Shown here: positions 28,819-36,741 of the stretch, piece after piece
How positions within the stretch are numbered: position 1 is the stretch's first letter
How the letters are laid out: every line of letters begins with the position of its first letter
Virus record (IMG/VR): IMGVR_UViG_3300042340_000379
Location: 62,001 to 126,000 of that record
Length of the DNA stretch: 64,000 nt
Reading direction: 5' to 3' (one strand)
The notes under the pieces: generated by a model
The model's database searches: none
The model's input: the letters and a program-made list of their open reading frames with translations, nothing else
Told to the model about the DNA's origin: nothing
Translations under genes and position numbers: made by a program

Positions 28819-29134
28819 GGCTGAGAAAAATGGATAACAAGGCTGATAAGAATAGACATAGGAGGTTTAAGTTGAAACTTAGTCTATAGTTTAACCCACT
28901 TTTAAGTAAAGCAGTAAGTAACGCTTTAGTGATATCAACGTCAAGTGCCTAAAACTTATAGCTGACAAGACTTTCAAAATCAACATAATCCTCTGGTGCT
29001 ACCTGCGCAGTAGCACTAGGAAAACAAAAAACTTCTTAGCTTATAAAAGTTGAGAGCCGTGGAACCCTTGATGTGTCTACGTTCCAGCCTTATAAATATA
29101 AAAGGCAGTTCTAAACACAGGATAAGGATAGACA
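28819..29134. other. Candidate intact attP site
   Basis: Core-like inverted repeat CTGGTGCTAC-[CTGCGCA]-GTAGCACTAG (28993-29019); arm-like direct repeats at 28819, 28841 and 29121; integrase about 0.5 kb away. Confidence 0.55.
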
Positions 29135-29270
29135 AAAATTCGTAGAAATTAGTAAAAATCTGCGCCTATTTAAGGAAATTTTTAAGTAAGGGGTTTTTCC
29201 TTAATGTTGGGCAGATGCTTGAAAAGGCAAGAGTGTAAGATTGGAAAGAACATCTAGAGAAAAATCTCCT

Positions 29271-29582
29271 ATGCTATCCCTAGCCAAAGCGTTTGCAATC
29301 CTGAGCATTATGAACAACCTGAAAGGCGAATATGATAAAGCTATGAAAGATGGTGAGCTGACTTTTGAAGAGCTCAGTGACCTTATCATTGGTTTTATCG
29401 TCGGCCTTGCCAAAGCCCTTATGCCCAGCATGCCCGATCAAGTTGTTGCAAAGCTAGAGGCTCTTGTCGAATCTCTAGCAAATTCCAAAGAAAAAGTTGA
29501 AGCTCGAGTTATGGAAGTGACCGCAATTCTTGATAAAGCCGACGGGGTTTACGAGAAGTTTCAGGCCCAAGTTCGAGCCTAG
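29271..29582 (+). CDS. Hypothetical helical protein
   Basis: ATG at 29271; lies between the attP candidate and the integrase. Confidence 0.6.
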   Translation: MLSLAKAFAILSIMNNLKGEYDKAMKDGELTFEELSDLIIGFIVGLAKALMPSMPDQVVAKLEALVESLANSKEKVEARVMEVTAILDKADGVYEKFQAQVRA

Positions 29583-29607
29583 CTTAAAGGCGGTCTCCTT
29601 AAGCAAA

Positions 29608-29616
29608 TGCTAAAAT
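29608..29616 (+). promoter_or_regulatory. Extended -10 promoter candidate for the integrase
   Basis: TGCTAAAAT 16 nt upstream of the ATG, preceded by inverted repeat GCTTAAAGG/CCTTAAGC. Confidence 0.4.
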
Positions 29617-29632
29617 CTGGTTTTACCAGAAC

Positions 29633-30976
29633 ATGGCAAGTAGTATTGAGGCCGACTTAAATCGGGCTAACGAACAGCTTAAATCAGAGAGGGTTTCCGT
29701 TAAGATTAAACGTCGCGGGAACGCTCTCTTTTTAGTTGGTACCCTCCCACCTAAACCTTCCTCTAAAAAACAAAAGCCTCACCAACAAGAAATCTCTCTC
29801 AAGAAACTTCAAGCAGAACACGCCAATATTCTTTACGCGCAAGAACAGGCCCGCCGAGTTGATAGAGACCTGAAGAACAGTAAGTTTGATTGGAGCGAAT
29901 ACTCTTCTAAAATCTATGCAGAAACCCACAAAACAATTGGGGTACTTCTAGAAGAGTTTAAAAAAGACTATTGGCAAATGCACCCAAAAGGTAAGACTAG
30001 CGAGATTAACTGGCATAGATCCTACTGGGCTTTCTTTAAAAAATTAGACTTAAAAGCAGAACTTAGCCTCAAAGAACTTATTAAAGTTATTGAGAAATAC
30101 GAGCCTGATACTCAGAGCCGGTCAAAGTGCTGCCAAAAATTTGTAAAGTTTGCTGAGTGGTGCGATCTACCTACGTCTGACATTAGAAAAATCCGCTCTC
30201 TAAAAGGAAAGTACGGAATCTCCAAAACTAGAAAAAGAAAAATCCTAACTGATCAACAAATTGTAGATCTTAGAGTTCAAATTCCTCCCGGCCCCCTGAG
30301 ATGGATGTTTGAAGTCTTAGTCGTGTGGGGACTTAGACCCCACGAGGTCTATGAGATTGATATGGAGAAACTTGCGGTAGAACGAGACGGCATTATAACA
30401 GTTTTTAGCCAAAAGACTAAACGGGAGCGCATTGTATCAGCCATTTACCCTGAATGGTTTAAGAGGTGGGAGTTGTGGAAAGGAATGCCACCTCCCACCA
30501 ACAGAGAAAGAGAAAAAGGCAAAACAGTTACTTACTACTTTAAGAAACTCAACCTCGAAATTTATCCTTATGATCTAAGGCATGCTTGGGCTGTTAGAGC
30601 TCTCTACTACCCAAAAATTGATGAGGCTCAAGCCGCCGCTCAGATGGGGCATTCTCTAAAAATCCACCAACAAGTTTACGAATACTGGATTACAGAGCAA
30701 CGAGCTCGAGCAGAACAACTTAAGAGAATGTACGGAGATGAAAAGATTGAGGTTCCTGACGACCCTCCAGAAGGAGATTACCGGCAAATTCGCCTTAAAG
30801 ACGACCCCCTTAACGCGGAACGCCACCCACAAAACTACTCTTTAATCCCATGCCCAAAGTGCGGGTCAAACTCAGTCATCTGGAATGGCTGGGCGATCAA
30901 CCAAGATAAACTTTATGGGCGCAGACAGAAATGCCAAGTATGTAATTTCATCAAGACGATCAAGCCCACAGCTTAG
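29633..30976 (+). CDS. Tyrosine integrase (cyanobacterial type) with C-terminal Zn ribbon
   Basis: GLRPHE, KT, YDLRHAWAVR, MGHS...H...Y; C-terminal CPKC...CQVC. Confidence 0.9.
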   Translation: MASSIEADLNRANEQLKSERVSVKIKRRGNALFLVGTLPPKPSSKKQKPHQQEISLKKLQAEHANILYAQEQARRVDRDLKNSKFDWSEYSSKIYAETHKTIGVLLEEFKKDYWQMHPKGKTSEINWHRSYWAFFKKLDLKAELSLKELIKVIEKYEPDTQSRSKCCQKFVKFAEWCDLPTSDIRKIRSLKGKYGISKTRKRKILTDQQIVDLRVQIPPGPLRWMFEVLVVWGLRPHEVYEIDMEKLAVERDGIITVFSQKTKRERIVSAIYPEWFKRWELWKGMPPPTNREREKGKTVTYYFKKLNLEIYPYDLRHAWAVRALYYPKIDEAQAAAQMGHSLKIHQQVYEYWITEQRARAEQLKRMYGDEKIEVPDDPPEGDYRQIRLKDDPLNAERHPQNYSLIPCPKCGSNSVIWNGWAINQDKLYGRRQKCQVCNFIKTIKPTA

Positions 30977-31235
30977 CGCAAGCCTCTACGTTGTACTCGT
31001 AATGAGTATACTTTGGCAGCGGCTGACCGCGCTTGAATTTTGTACTATGCAAAATTCGGAAGTGAGTTCCGGGCTTTAGATACCCACTCTGCCGATAGGC
31101 TTTTAGGGTTGAAGGGCTGACTTTCAGCAGTTTCGCCGCCCGCCCAGGCTTCATCCAGCCAGCAGCCTGACCCGGCAGGTTGGCTTGGCTTAGTCTCTTA
31201 ACAAGCTCAACTAAAAATTCGTCGTTCGCTATCAT
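30960..31235 (-). CDS. Excisionase-like winged-HTH protein
   Basis: WMKPGRAAKLLKVSPSTLKAYR..G.LK.GTHFR; AAGAAGGA RBS; convergent with the integrase. Confidence 0.7.
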   Translation of the reverse strand: MIANDEFLVELVKRLSQANLPGQAAGWMKPGRAAKLLKVSPSTLKAYRQSGYLKPGTHFRILHSTKFKRGQPLPKYTHYEYNVEACAKLWA

Positions 31236-31259
31236 TGTCCTTCTTAAGCTATTATTGAT

Positions 31260-32651
31260 ATGACCCTTTCACAAGATACTAACCCCATGTTTGACGACCA
31301 ACAAGCTACAAGCCCCGCTCTCACTTCCACTCCCTATGATGAAAATGGTCAACCTATTGGCTATCAATGGACTGGTGTAATTACCGGGGCCATGGTTCAC
31401 GGAGACCAAAGTGTTGTTAAAGGCTCAAAAACTTTACAGACCGAATCAACCGCCCTGCGCGACGAAACCAGCGCTACAGACATGAATCTGTACTACGGTC
31501 AAGAGCGGGACTTTATCGGCACCCCTATCGCAACTTCTGTGGATGAGCCAGATGCGGCCAAGTCTATCCTGAATGAAGCTGGCCTGAACTGGCCTGTTCA
31601 CACTCTTGATGGACTAACCGGCTCTTGGGAATACGCCAACAAGCGCGTACCTCGCCACGTCTACCGACTAGTTCCTGGCAAAATGGTCACTAGCGCTGGT
31701 CTACCTACTACTGACCCCGAACAAGCTGATCATGAGCGCTCAGGGAAAAAGCTATTCACTGTTGCGGTTAGTGATCGCTGGAAGCCTGTTCAAAACGATC
31801 GTCTGATTGAGGACATTGTCACCTTTGCCAAAGAGAGTAACACCCAAATCCAACGAGTGGGTACCCTAATGGACGAGACTAAAGTCTTCGCTGTGCTTGA
31901 CGTGGGTGAGGATTTTGTTCTGCGTAATGAAGACCGCACAACCGCAAAGATGATCGTCAGCAATACTCACTGTCCTGGTGGCTTAGACTTCCGTCTTATG
32001 GCCCTTCGCCAAGTTTGCAGCAATACGTTGGTGAACCCTGTTCGCTTGAAGACCAAGAAAATGACGCACGTAACCAACATTACGAGCACTCAAATTCTGG
32101 CTGTGATGCGGGCGATGCGCTCTGAGTTTGAAGGCTTCCATGTTGGAGCTGAACTTACCTCTCAGGTTCCCTCCACTCTTAGTTCGCTAGGCACCATGGC
32201 CAACTACCAAGACAAAGTCTTTAAGGTTCGAGCCTTTGCGCTGGAAAAGTTTGGCAGCAAGAACACTGATGGTACTCCCAAAGCTATGGCTGAACAGCCT
32301 GTATGGCTGCGTGAGATGATCAAAAACGACGAGCATCTTCTGGCCAGCATCGTTGCTATTGCAGCAGTGAAGAAAACCAGTCCCTCTCAATTTGAGCATG
32401 ACACTGAGTTTGAGAATCTCCCTCAAGCCTACAAAGACATCATGGGTCTTTACCAAAAAGAGACCCTCATCAGCAGCTTTAACACTGTCTGGGGAGCGGT
32501 AAACGGAGTGACCGGCTATGTCGATCACTTCTCTCGGACTCGCAACGGGTTGGAAGGCCACTACCAGTCCAACTGGTACGGGGCCAAAGCTGGTGCTAAA
32601 ATGGAAGCGTTCAAAACAGCCCAAACTGTTTCGGCTATGGTTCTAGCCTAG
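31260..32651 (+). CDS. DUF932-family phage/plasmid protein
   Basis: AGLNWPV, VSDRWKPVQN, R.VCSNT, WGAVNGVTGYVDH. Confidence 0.75.
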   Translation: MTLSQDTNPMFDDQQATSPALTSTPYDENGQPIGYQWTGVITGAMVHGDQSVVKGSKTLQTESTALRDETSATDMNLYYGQERDFIGTPIATSVDEPDAAKSILNEAGLNWPVHTLDGLTGSWEYANKRVPRHVYRLVPGKMVTSAGLPTTDPEQADHERSGKKLFTVAVSDRWKPVQNDRLIEDIVTFAKESNTQIQRVGTLMDETKVFAVLDVGEDFVLRNEDRTTAKMIVSNTHCPGGLDFRLMALRQVCSNTLVNPVRLKTKKMTHVTNITSTQILAVMRAMRSEFEGFHVGAELTSQVPSTLSSLGTMANYQDKVFKVRAFALEKFGSKNTDGTPKAMAEQPVWLREMIKNDEHLLASIVAIAAVKKTSPSQFEHDTEFENLPQAYKDIMGLYQKETLISSFNTVWGAVNGVTGYVDHFSRTRNGLEGHYQSNWYGAKAGAKMEAFKTAQTVSAMVLA

Positions 32652-32660
32652 GTTAATTTT

Positions 32661-32692
32661 GTATCGTACAAGAATTGATTCTTGTGCGATAC
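32661..32692. repeat. 15-bp inverted repeat directly upstream of the tRNA
   Basis: GTATCGTACAAGAAT-TG-ATTCTTGTGCGATAC, overlapping the -10-like TGCGATACT. Confidence 0.7.
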
Positions 32693-32696
32693 TCAA

Positions 32697-32769
32697 GCCG
32701 TGTTAGCTCAGTTGGTAGAGCAGTTGGCCTGTACCCAACGTGTCGCGGGTTCGAGCCCTGCATACGGCT
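32697..32769 (+). tRNA. tRNA-Thr(UGU), no encoded CCA
   Basis: Full cloverleaf: GCCGTGT/ATACGGC, GCTC/GAGC, GTTGG-CCTGTAC-CCAAC, GCGGG-TTCGAGC-CCTGC. Confidence 0.9.
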
Positions 32770-32839
32770 TTAACAATCAATAAGAAAATATGAATATCAC
32801 AATACGGCACTGCCTGCGATCTGTAGAAGAAAGAATCAT

Positions 32840-34119
32840 CGAAGAAATGGGTCTGAAACCCCGCCGTTTTAGGGCGGCTTGCATTTTACGTGCTAGAATG
32901 TGAGCATGACACAGAAAGCGTTTAAGTACCGATTCTATCCAACACCTGAGCAGGAATCTTTGCTCAGGCGAACGATGGGCGGCACCCGTCTTGTCTATAA
33001 CCGAGCACTGGCCGCAAGGACTGAAGCTTGGTATGAACGACAGGAACGGGTGGGGTACGTTGAAACGTCGGCTATGCTCACCGAATGGAAAAAAGATGAA
33101 AGTCTTTTGTTCCTGAATGAAGTGAGTTGTGTGCCTCTGCAACAAGGGTTGCGGCATCTGCAAACCGCCTTCACAAATTTCTTTGCGGGTCGGGCGAAAT
33201 ATCCCAACTTCAAGAAGAAGAGGAATGGTGGTAGTGCTGAGTTCACCAAGTCAGCGTTTAGGTTCAAGGACGGTCAGGTATTCCTGGCCAAGTGCTCTGA
33301 ACCATTGCCGATTCGCTGGAGTCGTGCCCTGCCTGAGGGTGCTGAACCCTCCACAATAACGATCAAGCTGACTCCCTCTGGGAAGTGGTTTGTCTCGTTG
33401 TTGGTGGATGTTGAGATTGAACCTTTGCCTACGGTTATGGCCAAGATCGGCCTTGACCTGGGCATCAATAGTTTGTTGGCGCTGAGCACTGGGGAGAAGG
33501 TCGCCAACCCGAAGATCTTTCGGGCTAAGCACAAAGCTCTCAAGAAAGCTCAGAAAGCGCTGGCACGTAAGCAGAAAGGGTCTAACAATCGCTACAAGGC
33601 ACGGCTCAAAGTAGCCCGTGCTCACGAAGCGATTGTCAACGCCCGCAAAGATTTCCTTCACAAGCTGACAACTCGATTGGTGCGCGAAAACCAAACCATC
33701 GCCGTCGAAGACTTGGCTGTGAAGAATATGGTGAAGAACCGTAGCCTCGCCCTCTCCATCAGTGATGCGAGTTGGGGTGAGTTGGTTCGGCAGCTTGAGT
33801 ACAAGTGCGATTGGTACGGCAGGGAATTGGTCAAGATTGACCGTTGGTTCCCATCCTCGAAGCGGTGCAGCCAATGCGGCCACACCGTCGAAAAACTGCC
33901 TCTCAACATTCGCTCTTGGGATTGCCCTAGTTGTGGTGCTCACCATGATCGGGATGTCAATGCTGCAAAAAATGTCTTGGCCGCTGGGCTAGCGGTGTCA
34001 GTCTGTGGAGCGACCGTAAGACCCGAACAGAGTAAGTCTGTGAAGGCTGGTGCTACGAAGCAGAAAAACTCCTGAGCGATCAGGGGAATCCCCTTCCTTT
34101 AGGTGGGGGAGCATGTCAA
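32840..34119 (+). mobile_element. Non-autonomous IS200/IS605-family element 3 (tnpB only)
   Basis: Left end TCAT|CGAAGAAATGGGTCTGAAA plus hairpin; right end GAAT-hairpin-TCAA; higher GC than flanks. Confidence 0.88.
32906..34075 (+). CDS. tnpB: RNA-guided endonuclease TnpB
   Basis: KYRFYPT HTH, GLDLG, VEDL, CSQC...CPSC, DRDVNAA. Confidence 0.95.
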   Translation: MTQKAFKYRFYPTPEQESLLRRTMGGTRLVYNRALAARTEAWYERQERVGYVETSAMLTEWKKDESLLFLNEVSCVPLQQGLRHLQTAFTNFFAGRAKYPNFKKKRNGGSAEFTKSAFRFKDGQVFLAKCSEPLPIRWSRALPEGAEPSTITIKLTPSGKWFVSLLVDVEIEPLPTVMAKIGLDLGINSLLALSTGEKVANPKIFRAKHKALKKAQKALARKQKGSNNRYKARLKVARAHEAIVNARKDFLHKLTTRLVRENQTIAVEDLAVKNMVKNRSLALSISDASWGELVRQLEYKCDWYGRELVKIDRWFPSSKRCSQCGHTVEKLPLNIRSWDCPSCGAHHDRDVNAAKNVLAAGLAVSVCGATVRPEQSKSVKAGATKQKNS

Positions 34120-34139
34120 CGAAGAGTTAAACAATCACG
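33965..34139 (+). ncRNA. Predicted omegaRNA of element 3 (5' end approximate)
   Basis: Scaffold ends at TCAA 34119; guide CGAAGAGTTAAACAATCACG. Confidence 0.5.
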
Positions 34140-34330
34140 GTGAGACTACTCTTCTAGCTGAGTCTCATAAGTACATTTAGTTCGCCAAACAATATATTCT
34201 TAAAAAGAATAAAGTTTGCACAACCAGAGAAACGCAGGGATGCCTCGCTGTAAATACACAACAGGCCGATCAGCTTAACGTTATTGACAAGGATTGCATC
34301 TATTTGTAGTTCCATTAATTAATTTCTCCC

Positions 34331-34371
34331 AAACTCCGCACTAGCATAACTTGCTTGCGGAGTTTCTTTTT
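34331..34371 (+). terminator. Hairpin with T tract
   Basis: AAACTCCGCA...TGCGGAGTTT-CTTTTT. Confidence 0.6.
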
Positions 34372-34399
34372 GCGCAAAGCCTGAGTCGCAATTGAAGTA

Positions 34400-34880
34400 A
34401 GACGATTTTGATTAATCATTAATTTCTTCTGAGTCATTCTGTAACAATGGCTACATTTTAACTTAAAATAGTAGTGAAAGCCACTAGGTTAAACAGATAG
34501 CCGCGCTTACTCCCTACTAGGCTAAGAAGAGTTTTAGGCATAAGCATGGTTGTTCTAACTAAGCTGCCCGGACAAACCGCTATCCACAATGCAAAAACTA
34601 ACATAGGGGCTAGATAGAGACTGATCATCTTTATTAAAAAGGTTTTCTCGATAGAGACTGTCAAAAAAATGTATTTGGCCAGAAAAGGCAAAACTCCATC
34701 TGGGTTCAATAAAACATATCTGGGAATAGCTCCCGATGGAACGAGAGTAGTTTTTGAAAACGCTGTTGAGTTTGCTTCTCAACATCCGCCTCTAGCCGCG
34801 TGTTGTATAAGAGACTGCGCTAGGGGAACGCAAAAAAACATAGAGGATGGACATTCTCTTATTGTTCCCCATAGTCAATT
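34400..34880 (+). pseudogene. Decayed homing endonuclease (GIY-YIG/NUMOD type), boundaries approximate
   Basis: NGYILT fragment, NUMOD3-like FSIETVKKMYLARKGK, and C-terminal IRDCARGTQK/HRGWTF split at an A7 run. Confidence 0.5.
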
Positions 34881-34898
34881 AATTATCCAGAGGTTTTT

Positions 34899-35339
34899 AT
34901 GATTGGAAATGGCGTCTATAACACTGTAATCCACCAAGGCTCAACATTTGAGCTTTCTATCACGCTTACAGACTTTGATTTAACAGATCTCAATGTTCGA
35001 GCCCAGCTTCGTGAAAAGCTTAACAGCTCCGCAGCAACTGATTTTGTATGCAGCGTTGTAGATACAAGTCCCTCTGGTGTAATCAAACTTAGCCTTACTT
35101 CTACAGTAACCGCCGCGCTCAAAGCCAACATTGAAGCCGTGAATTACAAAGCGCTTAAAGCAGCCTTACCCTGGGACTCTCTCATTCAAGAACTCACCCC
35201 TGATGAAAAAAAGAAATATCTCATCAGCGGCAAAGATCCCTACTACTGGGACTTGGAAGTCTTTGAGCTGGGTAGTCCAGAAGTTGTCAACAGATTTTTA
35301 ACAGGACGGGTACTTGTTACAACTGAGGTGACCCGTTGA
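34899..35339 (+). CDS. Virion structural/tail-associated Ig-like protein
   Basis: IHQGSTF...DLT....AQ.R...G.I.LSLT...YYWDLE...G.V.V..EVTR pattern. Confidence 0.6.
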   Translation: MIGNGVYNTVIHQGSTFELSITLTDFDLTDLNVRAQLREKLNSSAATDFVCSVVDTSPSGVIKLSLTSTVTAALKANIEAVNYKALKAALPWDSLIQELTPDEKKKYLISGKDPYYWDLEVFELGSPEVVNRFLTGRVLVTTEVTR

Positions 35340-35824
35340 GCAACGTAGAAATTATACAACCAGAAGAAATTATAGTTTCAATAGAAATTCCTGAAGTTGT
35401 TGAGGTTTCTATTGAGCCCAACGCTGTTGTCGAAGTTTCTATTGAACCTGGAAGCGTATCATACCGACCGATTAGAACAACTCGGCGGGGATTCTTAGCT
35501 GCTGAAAATGTGTCAGCTTTAAGAATAGTCGTATTAAATTCAAACAACACCGTTAGCTATGCCAGCGCATCAAACGTTAATCACTCAAATAGAGTGAAAG
35601 GATTAACCGTTGCAGCTGCTTTAGCTGGGCAGTCAGTTGAAGTCATTGAAGAGGGGCCCTACACAGACTCTAGTTGGGATTGGGGCTCTAATCAAGCTAT
35701 CTTTCTTTCAGAGAATGGGATTATGTCTGTGTTGCCTCCCACATCAGGATTTTACATGCAAGTTGCTCAGTCAGAAACGCCAGATACTCTCTACATTAAT
35801 ATTCAAAGACCTATTCTTATATAA
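35336..35824 (+). CDS. Putative virion cement/fibre protein
   Basis: VEVSIEP repeats; AAENVSALR...W.W......FL..NG. Confidence 0.55.
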   Translation: MSNVEIIQPEEIIVSIEIPEVVEVSIEPNAVVEVSIEPGSVSYRPIRTTRRGFLAAENVSALRIVVLNSNNTVSYASASNVNHSNRVKGLTVAAALAGQSVEVIEEGPYTDSSWDWGSNQAIFLSENGIMSVLPPTSGFYMQVAQSETPDTLYINIQRPILI

Positions 35825-36336
35825 TGGCCACAAACAAATTTTTGACAATTGTTGGCAATGCTGTTCGGCTTGTACAAGCTGTAGTAAGTTCGGCTGGGCC
35901 AAGCGATGCTAACAAACTAATCTCAACTAACTCTGGCGGTGTCATTGACCCTTCTCTTCTTCCCGCTGGCGTAGAACTACAAGTTCAAGCTATTCAAACG
36001 ACAGAAAATCTTTCGGCTGGAAATTTCGTAAATATCTACTTAGACGCAGGAAATAAGCGTTGTCGGCTAGCTGATGCAAGCAATAATCGCCCAGCTAATG
36101 GATATGTAATCGCAGCGTTTACTTTAGGAAATCCTGCTAATGTGTACTTCTCTGGAAAAAACAGCGCTTTAACAGGACTAACTGCTGGAGTCCAGTTTCT
36201 AAGTGCAACTATTGCTGGAACTTCTACTGCAACGGCTCCCTCTGCAGCTGGAACTTTGCGCCAATCTTTAGGAAATGCTATCAGCGCAACCGAACTTACC
36301 TTTGAGTACAACGAACCCATCTACATAGATGCCTAA
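35824..36336 (+). CDS. Putative virion cement/fibre protein
   Basis: ENLSAGNFVNI...LADA...PANGYV...GLTAG..FLS...Q.LG.A. Confidence 0.55.
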   Translation: MATNKFLTIVGNAVRLVQAVVSSAGPSDANKLISTNSGGVIDPSLLPAGVELQVQAIQTTENLSAGNFVNIYLDAGNKRCRLADASNNRPANGYVIAAFTLGNPANVYFSGKNSALTGLTAGVQFLSATIAGTSTATAPSAAGTLRQSLGNAISATELTFEYNEPIYIDA

Positions 36337-36730
36337 CGCGCTCTCCCTTGTTGGCAATCAGGTTAGGGCAGTTAAAGGAGAGCGCACCCTATCTCCTGAG
36401 TACCAGCTCGTCAGCGGGATTCTAGCAAATTACCCTGAAGCTTATACAGAATTTACTTATACTGGGTCAAACTTAACAGGAATTTCTATCTGGGCAAGTT
36501 TAGCAAAAGTAACCCTGCTAGTAACAAAAACTTTTAGTTACTCAGGGGGCAATTTAGTTAGCAAAGTTGTTACTGACGAAATAACCTTAAAAACTATAAC
36601 TGTAACTTACGGATACACGGGTTCAAATTTAACTTCAAAAGCTACTACTTTTTCTTCTTTAGTATATATAAATTTTGATTTTTCTAACAGAAATAGTTCG
36701 TTGACATTTGGTTTGCTAGGAAATTTGTAA
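36329..36730 (+). CDS. Small beta-hairpin repeat structural protein
   Basis: Three repeats: FTYTGSNLT, FSYSGGNLV, YGYTGSNLT. Confidence 0.55.
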   Translation: MPNALSLVGNQVRAVKGERTLSPEYQLVSGILANYPEAYTEFTYTGSNLTGISIWASLAKVTLLVTKTFSYSGGNLVSKVVTDEITLKTITVTYGYTGSNLTSKATTFSSLVYINFDFSNRNSSLTFGLLGNL

Positions 36731-36741
36731 AGTGCCAAAAA

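Larger units (their letters stand above)
32790..34309 (+). pseudogene. Small gene interrupted by IS element 3
   Basis: Joined flanks read MNITIRHCLRSVEERI|IEELNNHGETTLLAESHKYI-TAG(34178); the frame then stays open to 34309. Confidence 0.45.

Noticed and set aside
28981-28998. CATAATCCTCTGGT as a tRNA fragment at the att core
   Set aside because: No T-arm or acceptor stem follows; the resemblance is too short.
28819-29134. Direct repeats as a mini CRISPR array for a TnpB/Cas12-like effector
   Set aside because: The repeats are short, degenerate and irregularly spaced, and each TnpB has its own IS ends.
33251-33946. 231-aa antisense ORF and other shadow ORFs (e.g. 4569-5078, 32187-32624, many inside 40287-53492)
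   Set aside because: They lie opposite or within well-supported genes and show no motifs.
24736-34119. IS orientation switch as a marker of a replication origin at 28-33 kb
   Set aside because: Only three elements, and it would put most genes head-on to the forks.
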